This document shows positions 9,474 to 17,858 of a stretch of DNA of 64,000 nucleotides, piece after piece; within the stretch, counting starts at the first letter, position 1; each line of letters begins with the position of its first letter. A program made the position numbers and the translations under genes. Under the pieces are notes generated by a model. The model searched no databases and had not been told where the DNA came from. It saw only the letters and a list, made by a program, of their open reading frames with translations. Source of the stretch: a virus. Taxonomy: Duplodnaviria > Caudoviricetes. The stretch lies in IMG/VR virus record IMGVR_UViG_3300018430_000021, positions 64,001 through 128,000 of that record. One strand, given 5' to 3'.

Positions 9474-9557
9474 GTGATTAACCTCTCTTTGATATTCATA
9501 ATATAGAAAAAGAACCGGCATCCGTAAACCGATTCTTTTCCAATTTTTCTTACGGGA

Positions 9558-9917
9558 TTACATCGAACGCTTTTTCATCGTGTCAAATCCTTCGAACCAT
9601 TCATCGATCCACGTCTTATTGCTCTTCATCTGGTCATACATTTCCTTTATCCACTGATGCTTGTCAAGGATTTCGGGTTCGACCTCTTCCGATTCTTGCG
9701 CGATAGTCAACCAATGTTTCGCGTCCTTCACGCTAAAGTCGTCTATCTCGCGGTCGAAATCGTAAAAATCTTGATTTTCGTCCGAATCGTCGGAATAATC
9801 AATCGTAAGCGTCTCGTCGTATTCTTCCAACCGCTTCAAGTATTCGTCACGTTGTTCGCTAGAGATGAGCGCTTCGATGCCCGTTTTAGATTGCGGAATA
9901 TGTACCAAATAGTTCAT
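9558..9917 (-). CDS. early acidic hypothetical protein
   Basis: Own promoter and RBS. Confidence 0.8.
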   Translation of the reverse strand: MNYLVHIPQSKTGIEALISSEQRDEYLKRLEEYDETLTIDYSDDSDENQDFYDFDREIDDFSVKDAKHWLTIAQESEEVEPEILDKHQWIKEMYDQMKSNKTWIDEWFEGFDTMKKRSM

Positions 9918-10110
9918 TTTAACCTCTCTTGATGATGATATTCATAATATAGAAAATCGAATCCAATCCGTAAGCCATTATTATATTCTTTTTTCTTACG
10001 GGATCGCACAAAGGAGACTATGCCGTATGCGATCCCGTGATTTATTTCTTTTCTTTTTTCGTTTACATTTACTTCCAAACTTTCTATATTATAAGCATCA
10101 AGAGGTTAAC

Positions 10111-10515
10111 ATGATTACGAATTTCAAGACTACCAGCATTTCCGAAGAACTTGCCATCATGAACATGGCCGATGTCGATTTCACGATGTGGGGCGAACCG
10201 GCCGAACTTGCGAAGGACGAATATTACCTCGAGACGTTTAACCACCGCCGTGAGATGGAAGCGAAGGGTTATGTGCTCAATCCTCATTTCGACGAGAATA
10301 TGTCATGGTGGAAGGACAAGCACAGCGATCGCCCGTATGACAAGTTCCTCGATTTCGACTGCAACGAATTCGTCACTCCGGAAGAACTCCAATTGTACGA
10401 AGACAAATGTAAGGCGGTCTCTTTCGGATATACGCTGTACCAACGTCTTCTTACCGAAGAAGAACAAGAAGAAGACTACAAGATCTACTGCGAAGAATTC
10501 CATAAGGCGGCATAG
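10111..10515 (+). CDS. early hypothetical protein (start MITNF)
   Basis: Promoter 10062 plus GAGGTTAAC RBS. Confidence 0.85.
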   Translation: MITNFKTTSISEELAIMNMADVDFTMWGEPAELAKDEYYLETFNHRREMEAKGYVLNPHFDENMSWWKDKHSDRPYDKFLDFDCNEFVTPEELQLYEDKCKAVSFGYTLYQRLLTEEEQEEDYKIYCEEFHKAA

Positions 10516-10602
10516 CGAGCCCGCGCCTTTATTTCTAACTTTTCATGTTGACAACTTCCGGATATTTTACTATATTATAAGTATCAACGACAAGAGGTTA
10601 AC

Positions 10603-10911
10603 ATGAATAACGAAGAATTGAATACATACGCAAACCGAATCGAAACCGCCGGCCTGAAGCGCGACGCGAAAGTAACCGACCTTCATCATTATGCCGTGGC
10701 CGTGGAAGTTACGCCGAAGACATACGGCGAAATAGTCGAAAGCATGCCCGACGCGTTCGAATACTGCTTCGACTACTTCGACCAGAAGGCCGACAAAGAA
10801 GAATCCGTCTTCATGTTCTACCTCGAAGACTGCAACGGCGAGGACGTCGACGCGATAGAAAACTGGCTGAAGACGCATACCGGCTGGCGGTCTTACGAAT
10901 ACAATGGCTAG
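10603..10911 (+). CDS. early hypothetical protein
   Basis: Own promoter and RBS. Confidence 0.85.
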   Translation: MNNEELNTYANRIETAGLKRDAKVTDLHHYAVAVEVTPKTYGEIVESMPDAFEYCFDYFDQKADKEESVFMFYLEDCNGEDVDAIENWLKTHTGWRSYEYNG

Positions 10912-11013
10912 TCCGAAAGAAAACAATACAAGAAAAAGGTTTACAACTTCGTCCGGTTTTTCTATATTAATAACGTAAGCAATGTCGCTTACGTAAAACC
11001 GAACGAGGTTAAC

Positions 11014-11295
11014 ATGATTAAAAGCTTCAGCTATACCAACGCCAAGGGTCATACTACCGTAAGGATCTGTAACGTGGTACATGAAAACGAAACCGAGATT
11101 CGCGGGTTCGATTACAACAAGATGACCCGAGCGGAACAGGAAATCGTAAACAAGGTCTATCCCAACGACCACAAGCCGACTCCGTGTCCTACCGAATTCC
11201 ACAAGACGAGCGAGGTGGACTACGATTCACTCGGTATTCCGAAAGAACTGTTCTCGAAGGCCTACAGGGTTTTCAAGAAGAGCAAGTGTTTCTAA
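11014..11295 (+). CDS. early hypothetical protein
   Basis: Own promoter and RBS; 5' stem-loop in the leader. Confidence 0.8.
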   Translation: MIKSFSYTNAKGHTTVRICNVVHENETEIRGFDYNKMTRAEQEIVNKVYPNDHKPTPCPTEFHKTSEVDYDSLGIPKELFSKAYRVFKKSKCF

Positions 11296-11413
11296 CCTCA
11301 GTTGATAAGAATCTCCAGAATGTCGTGAGATATACTGAAGATTTTTTACTTGATTTTTTGGTTTACAACCTCTTCCAAATTTACTATATTATAAGTATCA
11401 ACAAGAGGTTAAC

Positions 11414-11788
11414 ATGAAAAAAGAAAATATCATCATCCATGAATGCACGAGCCGTAACGAAATCGAAAACCTTGGTTCTGCAGCAACCATCGAAGGACTC
11501 ACACTCGATTCGATTCCGAAGTATGTGGAACTCATCGAGAAGCTTGGTGGCAAGTTCAAGCAGAAGAGTGACGAGAAACTTACCGTATATGTAACCAGTG
11601 GTTTACAGATGAATAAGTCTTTCCGTCTGAAGGGAAGCAATGCATATCCTGATGACACGCACATCGTGTCCATCAAGCTTGAAGACTTCGACTACGAGAT
11701 GGACTTCTGCATCAACAGACTTCGCTTCGGTATCAGGTGGATGGATGACATTCTCGACAACAACCGCTGGCACAATCGAGGCAAATAG
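11414..11788 (+). CDS. early hypothetical protein
   Basis: Own promoter and RBS. Confidence 0.85.
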   Translation: MKKENIIIHECTSRNEIENLGSAATIEGLTLDSIPKYVELIEKLGGKFKQKSDEKLTVYVTSGLQMNKSFRLKGSNAYPDDTHIVSIKLEDFDYEMDFCINRLRFGIRWMDDILDNNRWHNRGK

Positions 11789-11789
11789 T

Positions 11790-12285
11790 CTCTCGTAGCT
11801 CGACCTCTGGCTCGACGAAGAGGCCTTCCGGGCTACAGTTTCGGTGACGTATACTGTGACGTTTTTACCCCAAAATGTCAGGTATATCGTCGCCTTTTTC
11901 GTCATTATATAGGGCCAGATCTGGTGCCCCCCGGGGGGCCTACGGTGACGCCCCTGGGCGGGAAAACTCGCTGTGTTCAAAAAAAGTATTAAGCTTCCTA
12001 TAGGGCTAGGTACCGGGCCTATCCGGAAAATGTGCCCCTATTGGCCAAAATGTGTGCGTCTCGAGGCGATCCCCTAAAAATTTTTTCCGGAATTTTTTCC
12101 AGGCGGTCCAGACCGTATAGGCTAGTTCCAAAAAATTTTTTCCGGAAATTTTTCCTATAGTCGGGAAACGGCGGGCGAAGTTGCCGTTAAGGTCAAAATC
12201 TATGGTTTTCCCTAAAAAATTCGAATACGTGCCTGTCCAAAAAAATTTTCCGGAAATTTTTTCCTCCCCGGGAAAAATTAAGGGC
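11790..12285. repeat. non-coding junction with palindromes and A/T-tract repeats; candidate genome terminus or packaging site
   Basis: GCCCCCCGGGGGGC palindrome at 11926-11939; three AAAAATTTT(TT)CCGGAA(A)TTTTT(T)CC copies at 12076-12100, 12130-12155, 12239-12264. Confidence 0.6.
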
Positions 12286-12321
12286 TTTACGTATCTAGTG
12301 TATATTGCTATATTGTATTAT

Positions 12322-12714
12322 ATGTCGGATTATTATGATAATTACGAGAATTGTGAGAAATATCTGTTAGAACACGGATATACACGGTATAAGTGTAACG
12401 TGTTGGTTATAGATGCGTTGTTCAGCGTGATGTACCTTAAGGATTCCGACCATATGAAAATAAACCTGCTTTACGGGAAGAGCGGCGAACGGTGTAACAT
12501 GACTTGTTCTGTCAATTACAGCGGGAAGATGGGACCGCAGTTCTGGGAAAGGATCGCGTCTACATATGAGTCTCATGCCCGGGAGCATTTCAGGTTCCGT
12601 GTGGACAACGAGGATTTTCTTAGGCTGGTTGGCGATAACGACTATAATACAGTCGAGATGGCGTTCCGGAGGCACGAGATGGAGAAGTCGTTGGAGGTTC
12701 TGGATGGTGTATAA
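12322..12714 (+). CDS. tandem paralogue family member 1 (start MSDYY)
   Basis: Promoter 12286/12309, ATG 7 nt after the -10; ends EKSLEVLDGV. Confidence 0.85.
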   Translation: MSDYYDNYENCEKYLLEHGYTRYKCNVLVIDALFSVMYLKDSDHMKINLLYGKSGERCNMTCSVNYSGKMGPQFWERIASTYESHAREHFRFRVDNEDFLRLVGDNDYNTVEMAFRRHEMEKSLEVLDGV

Positions 12715-13075
12715 CTGCGTTACGTGCCTGGACATGCTTATAAAGGCCGGATATAACATGGTAGATACGTACCATGTCGGCGAAGACAGTACCAAGCTGC
12801 AGTTCGAGAAGGATAACAGCATTGTGGCCGCGTATACCTATAACGGGAGTTCTAACGGTTCCGTGTGTATTATAATGTATTGTTCGATTTACGGGGAAGG
12901 TTCGTATACGAACGTGGCCTCTACGTACTGTACGGGCGACAGCGCGATATACGAGAACGTAGATACTGGGAAATTTCTGGAAATAGTGTGCAAATATCCT
13001 GCAATAGAATGGATGGAGAGGTTCCACGCTTACGACTTGGAAAGGAAACTGGAGGTTCTGGATGGAGGGATATAG
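12704..13075 (+). CDS. tandem paralogue family member 2 (start MVYNC)
   Basis: GGAGG-N6-ATG lies inside the upstream gene end; ends ERKLEVLDGGI. Confidence 0.85.
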   Translation: MVYNCVTCLDMLIKAGYNMVDTYHVGEDSTKLQFEKDNSIVAAYTYNGSSNGSVCIIMYCSIYGEGSYTNVASTYCTGDSAIYENVDTGKFLEIVCKYPAIEWMERFHAYDLERKLEVLDGGI

Positions 13076-13451
13076 GTCGCCGGATATTATAAAGGGCGAG
13101 TGTTTTCGGAAGCTTGAAACTAACGGTTTCGTAGACACTTACACTTACAGCAAGAGTACTCATCTTACGGGCTGGACGTTCACGAACGAGACATATCCGG
13201 AAAGGGGCTATATCATAGTCTATACCGGGAAGGAAGCCGGGATGAACGGCATAGCGATGGTTTGCGAGATTGGTTCCGGTGAGGACAAGGTGAACGTGGC
13301 GGCCACATACGAAAATCCTTTCAGCATGTACAAGCGGGTTCCGATAGACATATTCCTGGAAACGGTGTGTAAATATCCGACGAACGAATGGATAGAGCGG
13401 TTCCACGCGTACGACGTAAAGAGGACTCTGGAGGTACTGGATGGCGCTTAG
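13062..13451 (+). CDS. tandem paralogue family member 3
   Basis: VAATY; CKYP.EW.ERFHAYD; LEVLDGA. Confidence 0.85.
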   Translation: MEGYRSPDIIKGECFRKLETNGFVDTYTYSKSTHLTGWTFTNETYPERGYIIVYTGKEAGMNGIAMVCEIGSGEDKVNVAATYENPFSMYKRVPIDIFLETVCKYPTNEWIERFHAYDVKRTLEVLDGA

Positions 13452-13797
13452 TTACGAAATGGCGGAAAACATGCTATTAGGTAGCGGTTTCAAGGTTACG
13501 ACCGAGGCGCTCTGTACCAACGGCTGCGAGCTTATCATGTTCGGTAAAGAAAATACGGAAATTGAATGCTATAAGGGCGGTCAGCTCAATAAGGAGCTTC
13601 TGTTGATGTGTTCAATCTGGGACAAAAAGTCTTTGGCAAAGACACACGTGGCGGCGACGTTTACCAGCAGGTCGTGCATGTTCGTGCGTGTTTGCGAGGA
13701 AACATTCATGGATATAGTGTGTAGACATCCTGAGACGGAATGGATGACGCTGTTTAACGAGTATGACGTAAAGAAGACACTGGAGGTTCTTTCCTGA
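13441..13797 (+). CDS. tandem paralogue family member 4
   Basis: VAATF; EYDVKKTLEVLS. Confidence 0.85.
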   Translation: MALSYEMAENMLLGSGFKVTTEALCTNGCELIMFGKENTEIECYKGGQLNKELLLMCSIWDKKSLAKTHVAATFTSRSCMFVRVCEETFMDIVCRHPETEWMTLFNEYDVKKTLEVLS

Positions 13798-14165
13798 TGG
13801 AACGTACTTTCGATTTTTGCAGCGAGATGCTGACATCCGGCGGTTTCGCGAGGCGGACTGACGGGGAATACGACCTGAGCGTTAGCATGAGGCTTATACA
13901 GTTCGAAAAGAAGGATATTATCATAAACTGTTACAAAGGCCCTCGAGATATATGCGACATGGGATGTTTCATTCGTACTCCCGGTACGGACGACTGGGAA
14001 CTTCTGGCGGCCACTTATTGTCCTGATGTTCAGAAGTTTACGTACGGCGGTGTCGACACTGACGATTTCCTGTCGATCATATGCGAAAACAGGGTTGACG
14101 AACTGCGGCAAAAATTCTATAATTACGATATTGAGAAAAAGCTTGAGGTCTTGAATGGAATTTAG
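13797..14165 (+). CDS. tandem paralogue family member 5
   Basis: LAATY; YDIEKKLEVLNGI. Confidence 0.85.
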   Translation: MERTFDFCSEMLTSGGFARRTDGEYDLSVSMRLIQFEKKDIIINCYKGPRDICDMGCFIRTPGTDDWELLAATYCPDVQKFTYGGVDTDDFLSIICENRVDELRQKFYNYDIEKKLEVLNGI

Positions 14166-14535
14166 GCGCTGTAAGGAGATGATTATTGATGCCGGGTTTG
14201 AACCCAACTGGATTGGTTCCCTGAACGAGGAAACGACTATCCATGCGTTCTATAACGACTTTTTCTATCTCCAGGTATATTCGGACCGCCGCGAGACCGT
14301 AGTCCAGGGCATAGACTTGCATAAGTTCGATATTCCGGGTAACAGGAGATCGAAGACTTCCGCGGTCTGTACTACCTACAAGAATTTCGAGGGCGATATT
14401 CTGTTCAAGGGATTACACCAGAACATTGCCGGTGTCGTCAGGATTATATGCAACAACGCTGACCATCCCGAACGTATCAACTTGAAATTACAGGAATTTG
14501 TGGCGGACATGGTTTTGAGGCCGTTGGAAGGTTAA
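14155..14535 (+). CDS. tandem paralogue family member 6
   Basis: C.EMIIDAGF; CTTY; IIC; LRPLEG. Confidence 0.8.
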   Translation: MEFRRCKEMIIDAGFEPNWIGSLNEETTIHAFYNDFFYLQVYSDRRETVVQGIDLHKFDIPGNRRSKTSAVCTTYKNFEGDILFKGLHQNIAGVVRIICNNADHPERINLKLQEFVADMVLRPLEG

Positions 14536-14536
14536 T

Positions 14537-14941
14537 ATGAATATAGACGATCTTATCGAGAAGTTTGAACATTCGCTTACTCCGGAAGACGGAGAGAAGT
14601 ATACGGCTCGGCAGATTATCGCCAAACTGGGCGAGCATGGCTGGAAGAACGATATTAATGAATGTACGAACAACAAGCACGTGTTTTTAAAAGACAAGTA
14701 TCATTTTTTAATTACGCACACGAATATTAAGGAATACGATGACGGTTATCCGCTTATCAAGCTGTATAGTAACGACGTCCTTCTTACATCTTCCGGAACT
14801 GACATATTCGAGGAATTTAAAGGCGTATTTCCTGAAATTAACCCGACAGCGCTTACGAAATTGATTGAGAAAGATACGGATATTTACAACGAACTGAACG
14901 AGTACTTCGTAAATAAGGCTTTGAAAAATTTGGAAGGATAG
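14537..14941 (+). CDS. tandem paralogue family member 7
   Basis: LGEHGW; EYFVNKALKNLEG. Confidence 0.8.
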   Translation: MNIDDLIEKFEHSLTPEDGEKYTARQIIAKLGEHGWKNDINECTNNKHVFLKDKYHFLITHTNIKEYDDGYPLIKLYSNDVLLTSSGTDIFEEFKGVFPEINPTALTKLIEKDTDIYNELNEYFVNKALKNLEG

Positions 14942-14942
14942 G

Positions 14943-15320
14943 ATGAGCTATACTGCTTTACAGATGTTTGATAAGCTTGAAAAGGCCGGGTATCATTGTT
15001 GTCACTGGTCCAATATCAAGCACGGTTATAGGAAAGGTGATTACTTGGTTGTCGTCATGCATGCCAGTTTATGGGGTGATAATCCAGGCGATGACAAATT
15101 TCCGCATGTCGAGATATATCGTAACGATACGCTTATCTGTGCATCGTATATTATCAAGAACCATAATTGGAGTAAGGCCATGATTCCTGTCGTACTTACG
15201 CCGGATGAGCTTTTGAATATAGCGGTAAATTTCAGCGATAACATATTTAATATCATTATGGAAAGGTATGTTGACATGACTTTGGAGAAACTCGATGAAA
15301 AACCGCAAGTTAAGTCATAA
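14943..15320 (+). CDS. tandem paralogue family member 8
   Basis: LEKAGY; HGYRKG; TLEKLD. Confidence 0.8.
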   Translation: MSYTALQMFDKLEKAGYHCCHWSNIKHGYRKGDYLVVVMHASLWGDNPGDDKFPHVEIYRNDTLICASYIIKNHNWSKAMIPVVLTPDELLNIAVNFSDNIFNIIMERYVDMTLEKLDEKPQVKS

Positions 15321-15666
15321 TTATGTTATTGAACGTATGCGTGGTACCGGTTATCGTATGACTTCGGATGAAACCGATGACGGTCTGGCAATGAAGTTCA
15401 CTACGTTTAAACGTAACAATCTTGAGCTTATTATACATTATGATTATTACAGCAGTATCGTAAAATCCATAAATGTCGACAAGCCGCCTAATACCAGTTC
15501 GCATTACCTGATAGCGACGACAACTCATGGGATATACGAATACGAGAATTGTGTCGAGATGAGTATTGACGAACTTTTCGATTATATTATAAGCTGTAAG
15601 ACGACTGAAGAACTGGAAATGAGAATTGAAATGCATGGTATGAAACAGGCACTGGAGTTGTTGTAA
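15295..15666 (+). CDS. tandem paralogue family member 9
   Basis: GTGY; IATT; QALELL. Confidence 0.8.
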   Translation: MKNRKLSHNYVIERMRGTGYRMTSDETDDGLAMKFTTFKRNNLELIIHYDYYSSIVKSINVDKPPNTSSHYLIATTTHGIYEYENCVEMSIDELFDYIISCKTTEELEMRIEMHGMKQALELL

Positions 15667-16073
15667 TGGCTAATGGTCCAATATATCCGGAAAAGATGAA
15701 GTATTACATGAATAAACTCGAAAAAGCGGGTTATGAATATCGTCATGACCGTGATATTACAAGTGATGATGGACTTGTGATAACCGTTACTTATACAAGA
15801 AGTGATACCAACGACTTCTCTGAAATTATAATACATGTATATTATACTCGTAAAGTTAATAGATGTTATCTGACATGTAGTTTGCGTAATCCGCAAACCA
15901 ATATATGGCATTCCGCCTGTTCATTCGATGATGACCGAAATGCTTATCGTTTTAACGGTTTACATACAAGTACGCTTACCCGTATTCTATGTAACGGTAA
16001 AAATAATGACCAGATATTGATGGAATTGAATAAGGTTGAACTGAAGAGCGCCTTGGAGAAACTCGATGGATAA
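15666..16073 (+). CDS. tandem paralogue family member 10
   Basis: LEKAGY; ILC; ALEKLDG. Confidence 0.8.
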   Translation: MANGPIYPEKMKYYMNKLEKAGYEYRHDRDITSDDGLVITVTYTRSDTNDFSEIIIHVYYTRKVNRCYLTCSLRNPQTNIWHSACSFDDDRNAYRFNGLHTSTLTRILCNGKNNDQILMELNKVELKSALEKLDG

Positions 16074-16434
16074 GAAAAAACAAAGATCCGTTAATTATTA
16101 TATGGTCCATCTTACAAATGCTGGTTTTGAAGAAGACTCAAACGATTACGGTACGGCGGCTTTTAGTTTCCGTAAGTTTTATAAACCTGGATATGAAGTA
16201 TGGGTATTGAAAGATTATACAAACCAGCATCTTAATATATGTTGTGTAAAATGCGAGCGTGGTAAAGTACCAGAAATAAATATTGCTTGTACATATAAAA
16301 ATTCTACATTTATGGTAGAAAAAGCGGATTTGAATTCTTTATTTAAAATTATTTGTAAGCATGAACCGGAAACTTGGATAAAGATTTTTGCAGAATATAA
16401 TACAAACCGTATTTTAGGAGTTCTTGATGGATAA
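16066..16434 (+). CDS. tandem paralogue family member 11
   Basis: LTNAGF; IACTY; IICKH; ILGVLDG. Confidence 0.8.
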   Translation: MDKKKQRSVNYYMVHLTNAGFEEDSNDYGTAAFSFRKFYKPGYEVWVLKDYTNQHLNICCVKCERGKVPEINIACTYKNSTFMVEKADLNSLFKIICKHEPETWIKIFAEYNTNRILGVLDG

Positions 16435-16791
16435 GCTTTTTCCGGAATGTAACCATTTGCTTATTGAAGCTGGATATGCTTATAATGGTTTGATGTGTGC
16501 TTGGGGTGATGTTAAGATACATGGATATAAAAAGGAAATCTTTATGTATCTATCAGTTTATTTGGCGAAGATATAAAGGATCTTGATATTACTTGTCATA
16601 TTGGTACAACAATGGTTGCTACGTCTTATACTAAAGATTCATTGTGTAACAACGATGCATTATTTTATTCAAATTTTTTAGAAATATTTGATATGGTTCT
16701 TCATCATGATGAAACCGATATTGTAAAGGCTTTTAGTGAGAAAGAATTAAATAAGACCTTGGAGGTTTTAGATGGCAATGATAACGCTTAA
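16427..16791 (+). pseudogene. tandem paralogue family member 12, frameshifted at the A5 run 16529-16533
   Basis: MDKLFPECNHLLIEAGY..HGYK, then the -1 frame continues KGNLYVSI..VATSY..ELNKTLEVLDGNDNA*. Confidence 0.85.
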
Positions 16792-17131
16792 ACATTGTTA
16801 TAAGAAATTGCTTCATTACGGATTTAAATGTATAGAACATACTAAAGGTGCACACGAATGGGCTAAATTCGCAAAAGATGATATGACTATACACGTCTAT
16901 AATGATTATACAGAACAAACTAAAGTTTTCAGTATGTTATGTTTAATAAACGGTGAAAAGATTGCGCATACTCTTGGAAACGGTAATCATGCATCTTATG
17001 ACACAAGATATATGTTCAGTGGTTTTGAACATGAACAATTTTTAAATATAGTCTGCATCGGAAAAAGTAACGAAGTTTTAGAAACATTCCGAAAAATCGA
17101 TGTTGAACGAACGCTTAAGTTGTTACCTTAA
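16772..17131 (+). CDS. tandem paralogue family member 13
   Basis: CYKKLLHYGF; FLNIVC; DVERTLKLLP. Confidence 0.8.
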   Translation: MAMITLKHCYKKLLHYGFKCIEHTKGAHEWAKFAKDDMTIHVYNDYTEQTKVFSMLCLINGEKIAHTLGNGNHASYDTRYMFSGFEHEQFLNIVCIGKSNEVLETFRKIDVERTLKLLP

Positions 17132-17169
17132 GGGTTTACAGTTTTATATTTTTTAATTATATTGTGATT

Positions 17170-17517
17170 ATGAAATACAAGAAATGCCGACAGATGTTAC
17201 TTGATGCTGGTTATTATGAGGTTAACTGGGCTGATCTTTATGTATGTCGTTTTCGAAAAGACCGTTATAAGGTAGTTGTATCACAAAATGAATCCGGTAA
17301 CGTAACACGTATTATTTGTTTTGATGAAAAAAATAAACTTGGTAAAGAAGGAAGACTTATTGACACAAAAACCGAAAAAGAACATAAAGACGGTATTTTC
17401 TTTCTAATTCACGGCATTTCAATGCAAGATACTTTGGATATGGTGTGCGGGGATCTTAATCGTCTTGAAGCAAAAATGAATAATTATCTTACATTGGAAG
17501 CCATAGAGAAACTATAA
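17170..17517 (+). CDS. tandem paralogue family member 14 (start MKYKK)
   Basis: Internal promoter 17135/17158, ATG 6 nt after the -10; CRQMLLDAGY; AIEKL. Confidence 0.8.
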   Translation: MKYKKCRQMLLDAGYYEVNWADLYVCRFRKDRYKVVVSQNESGNVTRIICFDEKNKLGKEGRLIDTKTEKEHKDGIFFLIHGISMQDTLDMVCGDLNRLEAKMNNYLTLEAIEKL

Positions 17518-17858
17518 TGCGACTCGAATATGTAAAAAACGTACTTGACAATAACGGTTATCATATCGACGATAAGTCGGGTTGGACTGTCGATGCTTCT
17601 CGAGGTAACATTAAAATCTATGCTACCTGTCCTTATGATAATATTGGAAATGTACAGCTTATAACCATTTATATTGATGATACGCGAGCTATTTCCAGTG
17701 TAAGCACGTATTATACAGATATTCCTAAAATGTTTAAGTATAATAATTTTGAACTTAACGAAATTATTGCCCTTATTGAAAACAGTAGAAATTCAGGCGA
17801 TTTACTTAAATATGCCGGTGAATGGACTACGGAGAAAATCTTAAATGTATTACAGTGA
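17517..17858 (+). CDS. tandem paralogue family member 15
   Basis: VLDNNGY; EWTTEKILNVLQ. Confidence 0.8.
   Translation: MRLEYVKNVLDNNGYHIDDKSGWTVDASRGNIKIYATCPYDNIGNVQLITIYIDDTRAISSVSTYYTDIPKMFKYNNFELNEIIALIENSRNSGDLLKYAGEWTTEKILNVLQ

Larger units (their letters stand above)
180..11413. promoter_or_regulatory. Repeated early promoter-leader cassette (20 copies)
   Basis: (T/C)T(T/G)AC(A/G)-N17-TATATT. Plus-strand -35 at 180, 1304, 1893, 2377, 2913, 3505, 3915, 3980, 4610, 5628, 6255, 10062, 10548, 10940, 11362; minus-strand at 8020, 8628, 8926, 9528, 9974. Most are followed by an ATCAACAAGAGGTTAAC-type leader and ATG. Confidence 0.92.

Noticed and set aside
180-11413. Recurring repeats as a CRISPR array
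   Set aside because: Repeats are promoter/RBS units separated by whole genes; no constant spacer length and no cas genes
12181-12321. Upstream extension of the first array gene
   Set aside because: Runs through the junction repeats and the promoter; the ATG at 12322 fits the family length
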